The translations under genes were made by a program, and so were the position numbers. A stretch of DNA of 64,000 nt, from NCBI GenBank assembly GCA_043228905.1, contig JBHGNT010000013.1, forward strand, positions 4,092,001-4,156,000, read 5' to 3'. Below, one piece after another: positions 11,112-22,120 of this stretch. The stretch comes from Azolla caroliniana. Lineage: Eukaryota > Plantae > Polypodiophyta. Under the pieces are notes generated by a model. It made no database searches. It had not been told where the DNA came from and was given only the letters and a program-made list of their open reading frames with translations. Position 1 is the first letter of the stretch, and the number at the start of each line of letters is the position of its first letter.

Positions 11112-12021
11112 GGTTTCGAATGCACTTTATTACACGAGAAACGGACAACTAAATGTCAAGATATGAGGGTATAAAGTTTGTAAAAGGAAAGGAGAAAATT
11201 GTGAGATATCCCACATAGGCACGACAAATACAGCTCTCATCATATATAAGGTGGAGCAAAAGATATTGTCTTTGTGTCTATCTGTGGAGCATAGAGAGTT
11301 CAAGGTAACTTGAACTAAGAGTGGAGGTAGACTAGCTACTCGTAAAGGGTTTTGGCCAACCAAAACCGGACCGGCGATGGAGCCGGTGATCCGACGGCAT
11401 CCGTTGAGGCACCGGTAACCGACGGCATCCGGCGACGGCATCGGCGAACCGGCGTCTGGCGACTAGATAAATAAATATATAAATATATATACATATTTAC
11501 ATATACAAGGAGGGCAAGTAAGGATTCGAACCTTGCACCTCCAAGTTAGGAGTCAATTGGCTTACCATTAAGCCATGCTATTTAGTTGAAATTATATTTC
11601 TATCATTGTAGTTTTACATGTAAATTCTCATACATGAGAACTAAAATGAGTGACATGGTTATCATGCACCACATGTAATACATAAGCGCCAAATGGCTAA
11701 CATGCAATTTATGCATGTCTTGTACCCTCACATGCATCATATGCATGAGAGCATCTATAAAAGAGGGAAGGGGGAGGAGAAAAAACACGGTTTTTTTATT
11801 TATTATAAAATTAAGAAGAAGAAATTCGTTATCAAATTGATGGTGTAACTTGTTTCTTAAATCCAAAGATAAAAAGTTCAATGTTTAATCTCAACTTCTC
11901 TCTTTCCCAATCTATCTTAAGTACTTTCTCGCCAAAGCTTGTATCGACTCTAAATCCTTCTGGTCCAAAACCCCGACGGTTCCGCCTCATGATCCGCGCG
12001 TAGTGACGGATCTTCACAACA
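11112..12021 (+). repeat. 5' LTR of element E, lacking its first 130 bp
   Basis: Aligns to 17974-18850 and ends ...CTTCACAACA. Confidence 0.93.
11509..11581 (-). promoter_or_regulatory. tRNA-like Pol III internal promoter (A and B boxes) inside the E 5' LTR, antisense to the element
   Basis: Minus strand reads TGGCTTAATGG (A box, with GCTT/AAGC D-stem) and GGTTCGAATCC (B box) at tRNA-like spacing. Confidence 0.65.
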
Positions 12022-12029
12022 TAATCAAG

Positions 12030-12047
12030 TGGTGAACCCTACGTGAA
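12030..12047 (+). other. Primer binding site of E, complementary to the tRNA-Trp 3' end
   Basis: TGGTGAACCCTACGTGAA versus TGGTGAACCCGACGTGAA expected from the plant tRNA-Trp 3' end as I recall it (17/18). Confidence 0.8.
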
Positions 12048-12082
12048 AGAGGCGGTAGGAAGGATCAAGTCGAGATTAATAC

Positions 12083-14287
12083 TTGGAGATGGCGTCCTCA
12101 AGCAACCAAGCAGGAGAGCTCGAAAGGATGATGTTAATCTTCGAGCAAATGATGAGATCTCGGGACAACGACGCGAGCGTGGAGAAGGCTGTCGATTGTG
12201 TCGTAGAGCTCGAGGGCCAATTCGATGGAAGGAACGTTACGAAGTTCCTTGATGCATATAGAAGGGAGATGAATCAGAGGGACGTGTTCGAGGCACGTCA
12301 AATCGCAAGCTTCAAGAGAGTTGTCGCCAACAACATCCAAAGACGCGTCATCGAGCTTCAAGAAGGTAAGACAACATGGTCCGAGTTCGAGAAAATGATA
12401 CTAGCGGAGTTCGTGACTGAAGACTCAACGAGGATGACTCGACATACCCTGATGAAGTGGATAGAGAAGAAGAATAAGAAGATGAGCGTCTTGAGGGTGT
12501 ACGACGAATTCGACCAGATGTTTAGTCGTCTCCCCAATACGGACCAAGTGTTGCTTGAAGAGGACAAGACTTTGTACTTCTTGAAGGCCGTGGACATAAA
12601 GGATAGACGGGAGTTGGGGACTCTTTTCGAAGATGATACCCAAGCAAATGGGCTCGTAGCGGACTGGATCGCGGTGAAGCGGGCATGCAATAGGCTCGAC
12701 AAGCGTCGCCAATGGGTTGATGACACCGACTTGACGGGACCGACTACCATGGAGAAAGCAAGACCGCCGAAAGTAGCTGAGCCGCTGAGACAAAGTAACG
12801 TGGAAGAAAAGAAGATTGATGACGACATCATTGAAGAGCTGGCGAAGAAGTTCGAGAAGGTCACGCTAGACAACATGAATCGTCGGGGCCCTAAAGGAAA
12901 AGAACCCTTTAGATGCGTGTGGTGCGATAGCATGGACCACATGAGAAGGGATTGTGCGAGCCTTCGAGAGGCGATTCGACAAAATATCGTATACATAGAG
13001 GACAACATGATCTGCTCAAGCGAGACTAGAAGACCCCTACGGGTGAATTTCGGAAGAGGAGGAATGAAGAAATCTATGGAGGATGCCGATGCGACTCATG
13101 TGGATGCGATGCACTATGCTGCGTCAGCCGGAATAAGAGTCGGGAAAGACAAGATTGAAGCTGCTAGAGTGGGAGCAAAGTTTTGGACTTCCGTTCTCGA
13201 ATATGAGAAGAAGGGAAAAATCACATCGAATGAGGTAGAGCTTGCGGACCGAAGCGTGCAAAGCATAACCGGGTGGTCGGATCCGGTGGACGACAACACC
13301 ATACTCGCAGAGGTGATGTGCGACAACCACGAGGTGTTCGTCGAAGAAAAGAGAAAGAGAATAGAAGAGCAAGGGCCATCAAAAAGACATGAAACAAGGA
13401 ACGCGAAAAAGAAGGACGATGCGGAGACGAGTCGACCTTTACAAACGGAGGAACGAGAATCAAGCCGAAAAGGGGAGCCGAGCATACGAGTTGAAGAAAT
13501 GGTTCGGCCCGTGAAGGTTGGTGTCGAAGACCCCGCTCGGAGGACAAGGACTATACCTACCTATAAGGTAAGGTCGGACATAGAGCAGACGACGGACCTA
13601 AAGAAGATTCTCGAAGAACGAGTTCTTGATAGCCACGTAACTTTGTCCTTAAGGGAATTGCTTGGCATTACGAAGAAGGAGTTCCATGACACGATCGTGG
13701 ACCTTGTAAAGAGAAAGAGACAACAATCGGACGAGGAAGAAGAGAAGCCGCAAAAAGCAAAAACGAATGCCATAACGATGGCAAGAGACGAAATCGATGA
13801 AGATATGGTGGACAGCCACTACACTCGACCTCATTGGGCACGAGCGACAACGGAGACGCCGGTGAAGATCGGGGAGAAGAAAGAGACCGTGGTAGCCTTG
13901 ATCGACCACGGCTCGGAGATCAACCTCATGTCAACCGACTTCTACAAAAAAGGAAGATGGCCAATCAATACAAACCACGGATGGAAGATTCGCGCGGCAA
14001 CAAAGTCTACGGAGGATTTGTACGGAGCTTGTCCCAATGTCAAAGTCACGATCGGGGATGTGGAGATGGATCAACACTTCTTCGTACAAGAATCGGCGTC
14101 GCATCCTGTCATCCTAGGGCAACCTTATATCACATCATCTCGGATGGAGACCAAAGTGTTCGATAATGGAGCAGCCTTCGCACGAATAAAGAGTCTTGAC
14201 AACCAAAGATCGGTCCAATTCCTAACGGTGCGAGCCAATCATGAAAGGAATCGAGATAGTCTCGGAGGCGAATCCTCGGATTTTTAG
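12083..14287 (+). CDS. gag: Gag-protease polyprotein of element E (734 aa, open)
   Basis: Zinc knuckle CVWCDSMDHMRRDC; aspartic protease-like LIDHGSEINLM...VILGQPY. Confidence 0.9.
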   Translation: MEMASSSNQAGELERMMLIFEQMMRSRDNDASVEKAVDCVVELEGQFDGRNVTKFLDAYRREMNQRDVFEARQIASFKRVVANNIQRRVIELQEGKTTWSEFEKMILAEFVTEDSTRMTRHTLMKWIEKKNKKMSVLRVYDEFDQMFSRLPNTDQVLLEEDKTLYFLKAVDIKDRRELGTLFEDDTQANGLVADWIAVKRACNRLDKRRQWVDDTDLTGPTTMEKARPPKVAEPLRQSNVEEKKIDDDIIEELAKKFEKVTLDNMNRRGPKGKEPFRCVWCDSMDHMRRDCASLREAIRQNIVYIEDNMICSSETRRPLRVNFGRGGMKKSMEDADATHVDAMHYAASAGIRVGKDKIEAARVGAKFWTSVLEYEKKGKITSNEVELADRSVQSITGWSDPVDDNTILAEVMCDNHEVFVEEKRKRIEEQGPSKRHETRNAKKKDDAETSRPLQTEERESSRKGEPSIRVEEMVRPVKVGVEDPARRTRTIPTYKVRSDIEQTTDLKKILEERVLDSHVTLSLRELLGITKKEFHDTIVDLVKRKRQQSDEEEEKPQKAKTNAITMARDEIDEDMVDSHYTRPHWARATTETPVKIGEKKETVVALIDHGSEINLMSTDFYKKGRWPINTNHGWKIRAATKSTEDLYGACPNVKVTIGDVEMDQHFFVQESASHPVILGQPYITSSRMETKVFDNGAAFARIKSLDNQRSVQFLTVRANHERNRDSLGGESSDF

Positions 14288-14340
14288 AGTGGACTATTGA
14301 AGCATGGGGCACAAATAGTCCGAGAAATCACAAGACCCCA
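14278..14340 (+). promoter_or_regulatory. Putative -1 programmed ribosomal frameshift signal
   Basis: G GAT TTT TAG, 6-nt spacer, stem GGACTATT/AATAGTCC; pol is open in the -1 frame from 14245. Confidence 0.75.
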
Positions 14341-17300
14341 CAAGAAAGAAGAGTGCGTGGATTGCAAGGAGAAGCAACATGTGTCACACCTAGTGGCGCA
14401 TGTAAACTAGTACTACCCGACAAGAAGTACAAGCGCCGGATACAAGAATTCGAGAAGATGCTGAAAGAAGAGAACATAATAGAAGAAGGAGAGTTCGTGA
14501 CTCATATTATGGAAGAAGCCTCATTTAACGACACCATCGGCGAAATCGAGGACGTTGTGGACTTGAGCTATCTTCACAATCAACGCGTGATTTCGGTTAA
14601 CTCCGTCAACATGTACGCTATCATCGATGAATACCTTCGTGGCATCTCGATGAAGGAAGCTGACATCAACACCAAATATAAAACGGTGGATAAGAAGATC
14701 AAGCCAGTTGCGGTTCCGCTACCGGAAGATAGCTGGCAAAAGATGAAGAAAGTCGCTAACGATCCAAGCTTAAGAGATCCGAAGAAGATAGGTCATGTCT
14801 TCACCAAAGAGACGAAGGGGAAGCTACGAGTTGGAAAGGAGGATTTCCTTCTCCCTGAAGAGGACCGAATGTTTCGCGATATGCTTGAGAGACATGGGAA
14901 GGCTTTCACATTCTTCCCACGAGAAATCGGATGCGCCGACCCAAAGGTTATAGAGCCGATGGTGATCTTCACGGTGCCTCATGTGCCTTGGAACTTGAAA
15001 CCAATACCGGTTCCGAGAGCACACCTTCCAAAGCTGATCGAGCTCTTAAAGGAGAAGGTGAGTATGGGAATTCTAGAACCGTCGAATGCTCCTTATTCCA
15101 ATAGGTGGTTCACGGTGCCGAAGAAGAATGGATCATTGCGATTCATCCAAGATCTTCAACCCGTCAACAAGGTGACAATTCGAAATGCCGGAATCGGTCC
15201 GAGCGTGGATGAATTTGCCGAAGCGTTTGCGGACCGGTCCATCTACTCCATTGGCGATCTCTACTCCGGATATGACCAATTCCAATTGGCGATCGACAGT
15301 CGGGACATTACAACCATGAGGACTCCGATCGGGCTTGGGTGGATGTGTACCTTACCCCAAGGCGCAACGAACTCGGTGGCTCATATGGTGAATGCCATGA
15401 ATAAAGTCTTGAAGGATTGCATTCCGGACATCACGATGCCATTCTTGGATGATATTCCGATAAAAGGATGTTCGGATGAGGAGAAAGATGAATCGAAAGA
15501 TAAGGAAGGTTGTAGAAAGTTCGTTGTGGATCATATGAAAGATTGCGAGAAGGTGCTTCAAAGGCTCGAAGATGCGAATTTGACATTTTCGGGAGAAAAA
15601 TCCGCATTCGGGCAACCGGAGATCTTGGTGGTAGGTCACTTGTGTGGAGCATACGGCCGGAAGCCCTCGCCATCCAAAGTGAACGCAATCCAAGACATGA
15701 AAGAAGAATGCGAAAACCAAACGGAGGTTCGAAGGTTCCTTGGAGCGTGCGCGTTTTATCATATATGGATTCCTCACTACGCTCATGTCGCCGAACCATT
15801 ATATGGACTACTAAAGAAAAGAATAAAGTTCGAATGGCGAGACGAGCACACAGAGGCGATGCAAAGATTAAAAAACTGCTTCTTGAAGCTCCGGCACTAA
15901 GGAAGGCCGACTATGCCGAAGGGAAACCAATTTACGTGACCGTAGATACGAGCCCAACCGGAATCGGGTGGGTCATCAATCAAGAAGGTGAAGATAATGC
16001 GCGATATGCCGTCCGGTTCGGAGCAAAGGTTCTCAGCGAACGGCAACAAAGATATGCCCAAGTCAAGCGGGAACTTTGGGGTATTGTGTCGGCAGTGAAG
16101 ACGGACAAAGATTACCTGATTGGGTCAGAAGTGATAATAGAGACAGATTGTCTCCCAATTCTCGGAATGGTCTCGGGATGTGCGACCCCAGATCTTGCTA
16201 TGCTAAGGTGGATCGCCTACATCAAGTCTTTAAACCCAGAGATCCGTCACATCGTAGGGAAGAAGAACGCCATGGTTGACATGCTGTCGAGGGCAAGATT
16301 TTCAAATGGAAGTAACATGGTTTCGGAAGATGAAGATGTCGCCCTCGACTTCTTCAAGATGGCTCGATTGTCGGCGGAAGACCAGGACACACAAACCCTC
16401 CACGCCTTCAACGAGAACGAGTACGAAGGAGAATGGTTACTCATCTGTAGATTCCTAAGAACATTGACGACAGATGCTTCGTTGACAAAGGAGGAGGCCC
16501 TACGAATCCGAAAGAAAGCTTACTGATACTTCTTGAAGGGAGGATTCCTTTGGCGACATCCAAAAAGAAGGATAGGAATACCACGTCGAGTGGTGGTAAA
16601 GAGAGAAGAGCAAGAGACACTGATGACCGAATTCCACGAGAGTGTTTGGGTAGGTCATAGAGGAACATGGGCGACGTTCGAAAAATTGAAGGAGAAGTAC
16701 TGGTGGCCAAGCATGTACAAAGATGTACTCCATTTCGTGTCCACATGTGAAACTTGCCAAATATATTCAAATATACGTCATCGTGATGAGTTAAAGCCGA
16801 CATACCCACTCACCATTCACTTCAAATGGATGGTGGATCTAGTCTCGATGCCAATGGGAGTGGGACAAATGAAGTACTTAGCGCTGGCAAGGGAAGACTT
16901 GACAAATCAAGTGGAAGGACGAGCCTTGACAAATAAGACGACTTCAGCCGTTTGTAAATTTTTACTTGAAGATGTTGTTTGCCGATATGGATGTGTAGGG
17001 AAGATAGTGGCCGACCGAGGGGAATTGGACGCGCACGAAGCGACGGAGCTCTTCGAAAGACTAGGCGTGAAGCTCTCCCTCACGACTGCCTACAATCCGG
17101 AAGCAAATGGGAAGATCGAGCGAGGGCATGGACCTATCGTTAAAGCCATCGTACGGGCATGCAACGGTCGAGTCGGGAATTGACCACGACTATTACCCTA
17201 TGCCTTGTGGGCCGATAGAACGACACATAGCTCGGTGACAGGGTATATGCCGACGGAGCTTATGTATGGACAAAAGCCGATTATGCCCATCGAAAGGACG

Positions 17301-17771
17301 ATCGCCTCATGGGTAGCGATACCGTGGGAGAACAAGATGAGCCGAGAAGAGTTATTAGCGGCGCGGATAAGGCAACTTGAAAGAAGACCTGAAGATTTAG
17401 AAAAAGCGCGAAAGATGATGAAGGCAGCCCAAGTAAAGAACAAGGTTTGGTTCGACAACACGCATCAACTTCATCCCAAGAAGATTGAAGAAGGGGATTG
17501 GGTTTTGGTTTACGACAGCACCCTTGAAAATCAACACAGTACAACAAGGAAGTTCACAAGAAGATGGTTCGGGCCGTATGTGGTGACAAGTGCCAACGAT
17601 AATGCCACATACCACCTTGCGGAACTAGACGGATCAAGGTTGGCCGTACCCATTCCGGGAAAAAGAGTAAAGATTTTCAAGAAAAGACAAGACAAGGATC
17701 CTGACCTCGATTACCTCGACGATGAACATAATAGGCCAGATGAAAATGAAGACATGGAGGAATCTAATTGA
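14281..17771 (+). pseudogene. pol: pol (RT-RNase H-integrase) of element E with one frameshift (about 15875) and two premature TGA codons (16524, 17181)
   Basis: YSNRWFTVPKKNGSLRFIQDL, LPQGATNS, PFLDD; RH VTVDTS; integrase HHCC, MVDLV/ADRGE/NGKIERGH, WFGPY; no chromodomain. Confidence 0.93.
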
Positions 17772-17843
17772 TCATCGTAGCCGAAATCTCACTTCTTCTC
17801 TTCTTGGCACGTATCGGAGGACGTGCGGTTTGGTGGGGGTGGA

Positions 17844-18850
17844 TGTCGTGAAGATTTTCGGCAATAATGTGAAAATCCCATAAAACGTACGAAATCGAGT
17901 ATGAATCACGTAGTACAATAATTGTGAAGATAACATTTTAAATAGATTTAATATCTAAGTACAAAACGATGGAGGTTTCGAATGCACTTTATTACACGAG
18001 AAACGGACAACTAAATGTCAAGATATGAGGGTATAAAGTTTGTAAAAGGAAAGGAGAAAATTGTGAGATATCCCACATAGGCACGACAAATACAACTCTC
18101 ATCATATATAAGGTGGAGCAAAAGATATTATCTTTGTGTCTATGTGTGGAGCATAGAGAGTTCAAGGTAACTTGAACTAAGAGTGGAGGTGGGCTAGCTA
18201 CTCGTAAAGGGTTTTGGCCAACCAAAACCGAACCGGCGATGGAGCCGGTGATCCGACGGCATCCGGCGAACCGGCGACTAGATAAATAAATATATAAATA
18301 TATATACATATTTACATATACAAGGAGGGCAAGTAAGGATTCGAACCTTGCACCTCCAAGTTAGGAGTCAATTGGCTTACCATTAAGCCATGCTATTTAG
18401 TTGAAATTATATTTCTATCATTGTAGTTTTACATGTAAATTCTCATACATGAGAACTAAAATGAGTGACATGGTTATCATGCACCACATGTAATACATAA
18501 GCACCAAATGGCAAACATGCAATTTATGCATGTCTTGTACCCTCACATGCATCATATGCATGAGAGCATCTATAAAAGAGGGAAGGGGGAGGAGAAAAAA
18601 CACGGTTTTTTTATTATTATGAAATTAAGAAGAAGAAATTCGTTATCAAATTGATGGTGTAACTTGTTTCTTAAATCCAAAGATAAAAAGTTCAATCGAT
18701 CTTTCTCAATCATTTAATCTCAACTTCTCTCTTTCCCAATCTATCTTAAGTACTTTCTCGCCAAAGCTTGTATCGACTCTAAATCCTTCTGGTCCAAAAC
18801 CCCGGCGGTTCCGCCTCACGATCCGCGCGTAGTGACGGATCTTCACGACA
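17844..18850 (+). repeat. 3' LTR of element E (1007 bp) with 12-bp terminal inverted repeats
   Basis: TGTCGTGAAGAT...ATCTTCACGACA; the tRNA-like module lies at about 18324-18396. Confidence 0.96.
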
Positions 18851-21800
18851 TCGGCATACAACTTTCGGATGGGTGCTCGAGTTGAAGCCGGGTGGTTGTA
18901 TCATGTACACCTCCTCTTCTAATTCGCCTTGTAAAAAGGCGTTCTTGACGTCCATTTGATGGAGGTGCCACCCTTTCGCCGCGACAATCGTAATTACGGT
19001 CTGCACCGTCGTCATCTTTGCCACCGGGGCAAAGGCCTCTTCATAGTCAACTCCGTGCATTTGGGCGTAGCCTTTCTCTACGAGTCGCGCCTTGTAGCGG
19101 TTTACAGAGCCATCGACGTTATACTTCACCTTGTAGATCCATCTACATCCGATCGCCTTTTTGTGTGGTGAGGTGGGAACGAGATCTCACGTCTTGTTCT
19201 TCCGTAGTGCCTGCATCTCCTCGTTCATTGCTTCGATCCATCGCAGGTCCTTCGCGGCTTCCGAAAAGGTTTCCGGCACCCGTACTGTCGCTACCTTCAT
19301 CATAAAGGCGTAATGGTACGCCATGTAATCGCTGTAGCCGAATCGGCTTACGGGGTTCTTTTCACGGGTGGATCGGCGAAGTTTTTCATTTGCAGAGATG
19401 AGGGCTTTCTTAGCTCCGACTGGTACCTCGAAACCGCCGAACTCACTGTCGAGTGAGTGAGTTGACTCATTTTCGGTGAAGCGATCATCTTCGTATTCCG
19501 CCATTTTCGCCTTGCCTTTGTCCATCATCGGGCTAGGCCGTGATGTGCTTTGATTGCTCAAAGGCTCTTGTGGTCCACTCAATCGGGTCGTGATCGGACT
19601 TTCTTCGAACATGCACGTAAGGTGACCTTCATCCTCTATCTCTTGTTCGGTGGATTCCGGGTCGAGCGGGGTCGGAGTCGAAGTTGTCTCTGGTGCAGAC
19701 TCGTCAAAGACGACGTCTCGACTTACCCAAGATTTTCGAGTTGAGGGGTTGTAGCACTTGTACCCCTTTTGCTCCAGTGAGTATCCTACGAGGATACATT
19801 TCTCCGACTTCGGGTCGAGCTTTTGACGCTTCTCGTCGGGGATGTGCACGTACGCAATGGAACCGAATATCCGAACATGTGATAGGTTCGGCTTCTTTCC
19901 AAAGAATCTTTTGTGCGGAGTGACCTCGTGCATGCCGGATGTTGTGCACCGGTTCATTAGGTAGACGGCCGTATTTGCCGCTTCAGCCCAATATGACTTG
20001 GGCATATGCTTCTCGTTCATCATGGCCCACGCTACTTCGAGGATGTGCCGATTTTTGCGCTCGGCTACTCCGTTTTGTTGCGGAGTGTGTCGGCAAGTGA
20101 ATTCTCTCCGAATTCCTTCCTTTCGGAGATACGTCGTGAAATCGTCCGGGAAGTACTCCTTGTCGCCATCCGATCGAAGGCATCGTACATGTCTGCCCGT
20201 GGCTTTCTCGACTTCATTCTTGAAATTTTGGAAGTGTCCAAACACTTCGCTCTTTTGCCGCATTGGGTAGATCCCAGTGTGCCTAGAAAAGTCGTCGATG
20301 AAGGCACGTAATATCGGCATCCACCGAATGTCGCCGTTTGAGCCGGACCTCATACATCGGAATGAATTACGTCGAGTATGCCTTTGCTCACATTCCGCTC
20401 CTTCGGAAATGGGTGTCGGTGTTGCTTGCCGAATTGGCACGCTTCGCATACACCTTCAATCTCCTTCTCTTTGAATGTTGGGAGTCCGATGACGACTCCT
20501 TTCGATTTCATTGCTTTGAGTTTGTTAAGATTGATGTGGCCGATTCGCTTATGCCATGGCTCTATGTCGGAGTCGGCTTTCGTGCTTTTCGCGAACATGG
20601 CGGATTTCATCTCGTGCGAATCGAGAATGAACATCCGGCCCTCTCTTCTTCTGCGTGCGATGATTCGGCCTTCTTTTTCGATGAAGCACCCTTCTTGGTC
20701 GAATCGTACTTGCATCCCTTGCTCAACCATTTGGCCGACCGAGACCAAATTCTTTGTGATGGTGGGTACATGCAAGACATTTTTAATGTATGTTTGCTTA
20801 CCTCTTTCGCTGAACGGAACATTGCCGATGTGCCGAATCGGGTGCGTAGTGTCATCTTCAGTTTCGACATAACCGGGTCGCTCTGGCTCTCGAAGTTCGA
20901 GAAACCATTCTTTGTGGGATGTCATATGGTTTGAGGCTCCGGAGTCAACAAACCATACGTCCTCCGGATTGAGGGCACTAGTTGAGGTAGAGGCCGACAT
21001 AGACTTTGCTCTATGTTTCATCATGAACATTCCGCCACGGTCGGAGTTGTATGCGTACAGTCCGCCACAATCCTCGTAGTCGGAGTTGTGCCCGTACATT
21101 CTGCTATATTCTTCGTAGTCGGAATTGTGCACGTAATTCGTGAGTTGTCGGCTTGTGGAAGCCGATTCACGCATCTTCTTTCAGCACTCTTCTTCGTGGT
21201 GCCCGAGCTTTCCGCAATATCCGCATTCGGTTGCGTTTTGACGGCTCGGGCCGGAGTGGAAGCTCCCCCTTCTTGCGAAGGTTCCTCGTTGGCCTCCGTT
21301 TTGCGGCCGAAATTGGGAGTTGTTGTCGTAGGTTGGACCTCGTCCGCCTTGTCCTTGGCCGAATCGGCCTCTCGCTCGTCCGCGTCCTCTTCCTCCATTA
21401 GAGTGCGTGTAGAGCATGTGGACTTCCGACTCATTGCTCCTTGTACGCACGTGGGTTTCTTCGACCAATAGCATTGATTGGAGCTCGAAGAAGGAGGGAG
21501 ATTTCTCCCGTGCTAGAACGGTGGTTTGCATCGCGCCGAACCGTGGTGCGAGGCCGCTGAGGCATATTTGCACCACCTCATCATCATCTATACTTACGCT
21601 TATTGAACCGAGCGCGTCGCAAAGCTCCTTGATCTTCAAGGTGTATACCGTGATGGACATATCCCTTTGTTGAATGTTGTTCAACTCTTGGCGGAGTTGA
21701 AGCTTCCTCGCAGTCGTGTTGGTGGCGAAAATCTTTCGTAGGTTTTCCCACGCTTCCTTCGGCGTCTTGGCTTCTCGAATGTAACCGAGCATGTGGTCGT

Positions 21801-21954
21801 GAACACATGTCGCCAAACAATACATCACACGGGTTGAGGCTTGCTCCCATGTTGCGTATCCGGGAGCCGCTTCGGCAGGTCGGTCTTCATGCACTCCTTT
21901 GATGTAGCTCCAATAGCCTTGTCCGACAAGGTATTGGTGCATCTTGTACAACAC
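18851..21954 (-). pseudogene. gag-pol of Copia D (gag start deleted, stop at 21181, frameshifts, most of RT and RH deleted)
   Basis: CGYCGKLGHHEEEC, WFVDSGASNHM, FIDDFSR...RSDG...QQNGVAER, YKARLVEKGY...QMDVKNAFL. Confidence 0.93.
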
Positions 21955-22009
21955 ACGATCACGATGAGGCGAATGGGCTAGATCGAGCTACCAAATCGCT
22001 CTGATACCA

Positions 22010-22067
22010 TGTAAAGAATCAAGAGATTGATTCTTGTGAAGCGGAAGAGATGTGAGTTATGTGTGTG

Positions 22068-22120
<53 letters not shown>

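Larger units (their letters stand above)
11112..18850 (+). mobile_element. Element E: near-complete Ty3/Gypsy of fungal-like type (possibly Ylt1-like), nested in D
   Basis: 5' LTR 11112-12021 (5'-truncated), 3' LTR 17844-18850, PBS 12030-12047, PPT TGGTGGGGGTGGA just before 17844, gag-PR ORF and pol. Confidence 0.95.

Noticed and set aside
11370-11465. Short CCGACGGCATCC repeats as a CRISPR-like array
   Set aside because: Irregular overlapping repeats without unique spacers, inside a eukaryotic LTR, with no cas genes.
11509-11581. Functional tRNA gene (CCT anticodon-like loop)
   Set aside because: Acceptor and anticodon stems do not pair and the sequence is a fixed part of the LTR; kept only as a promoter-like module.
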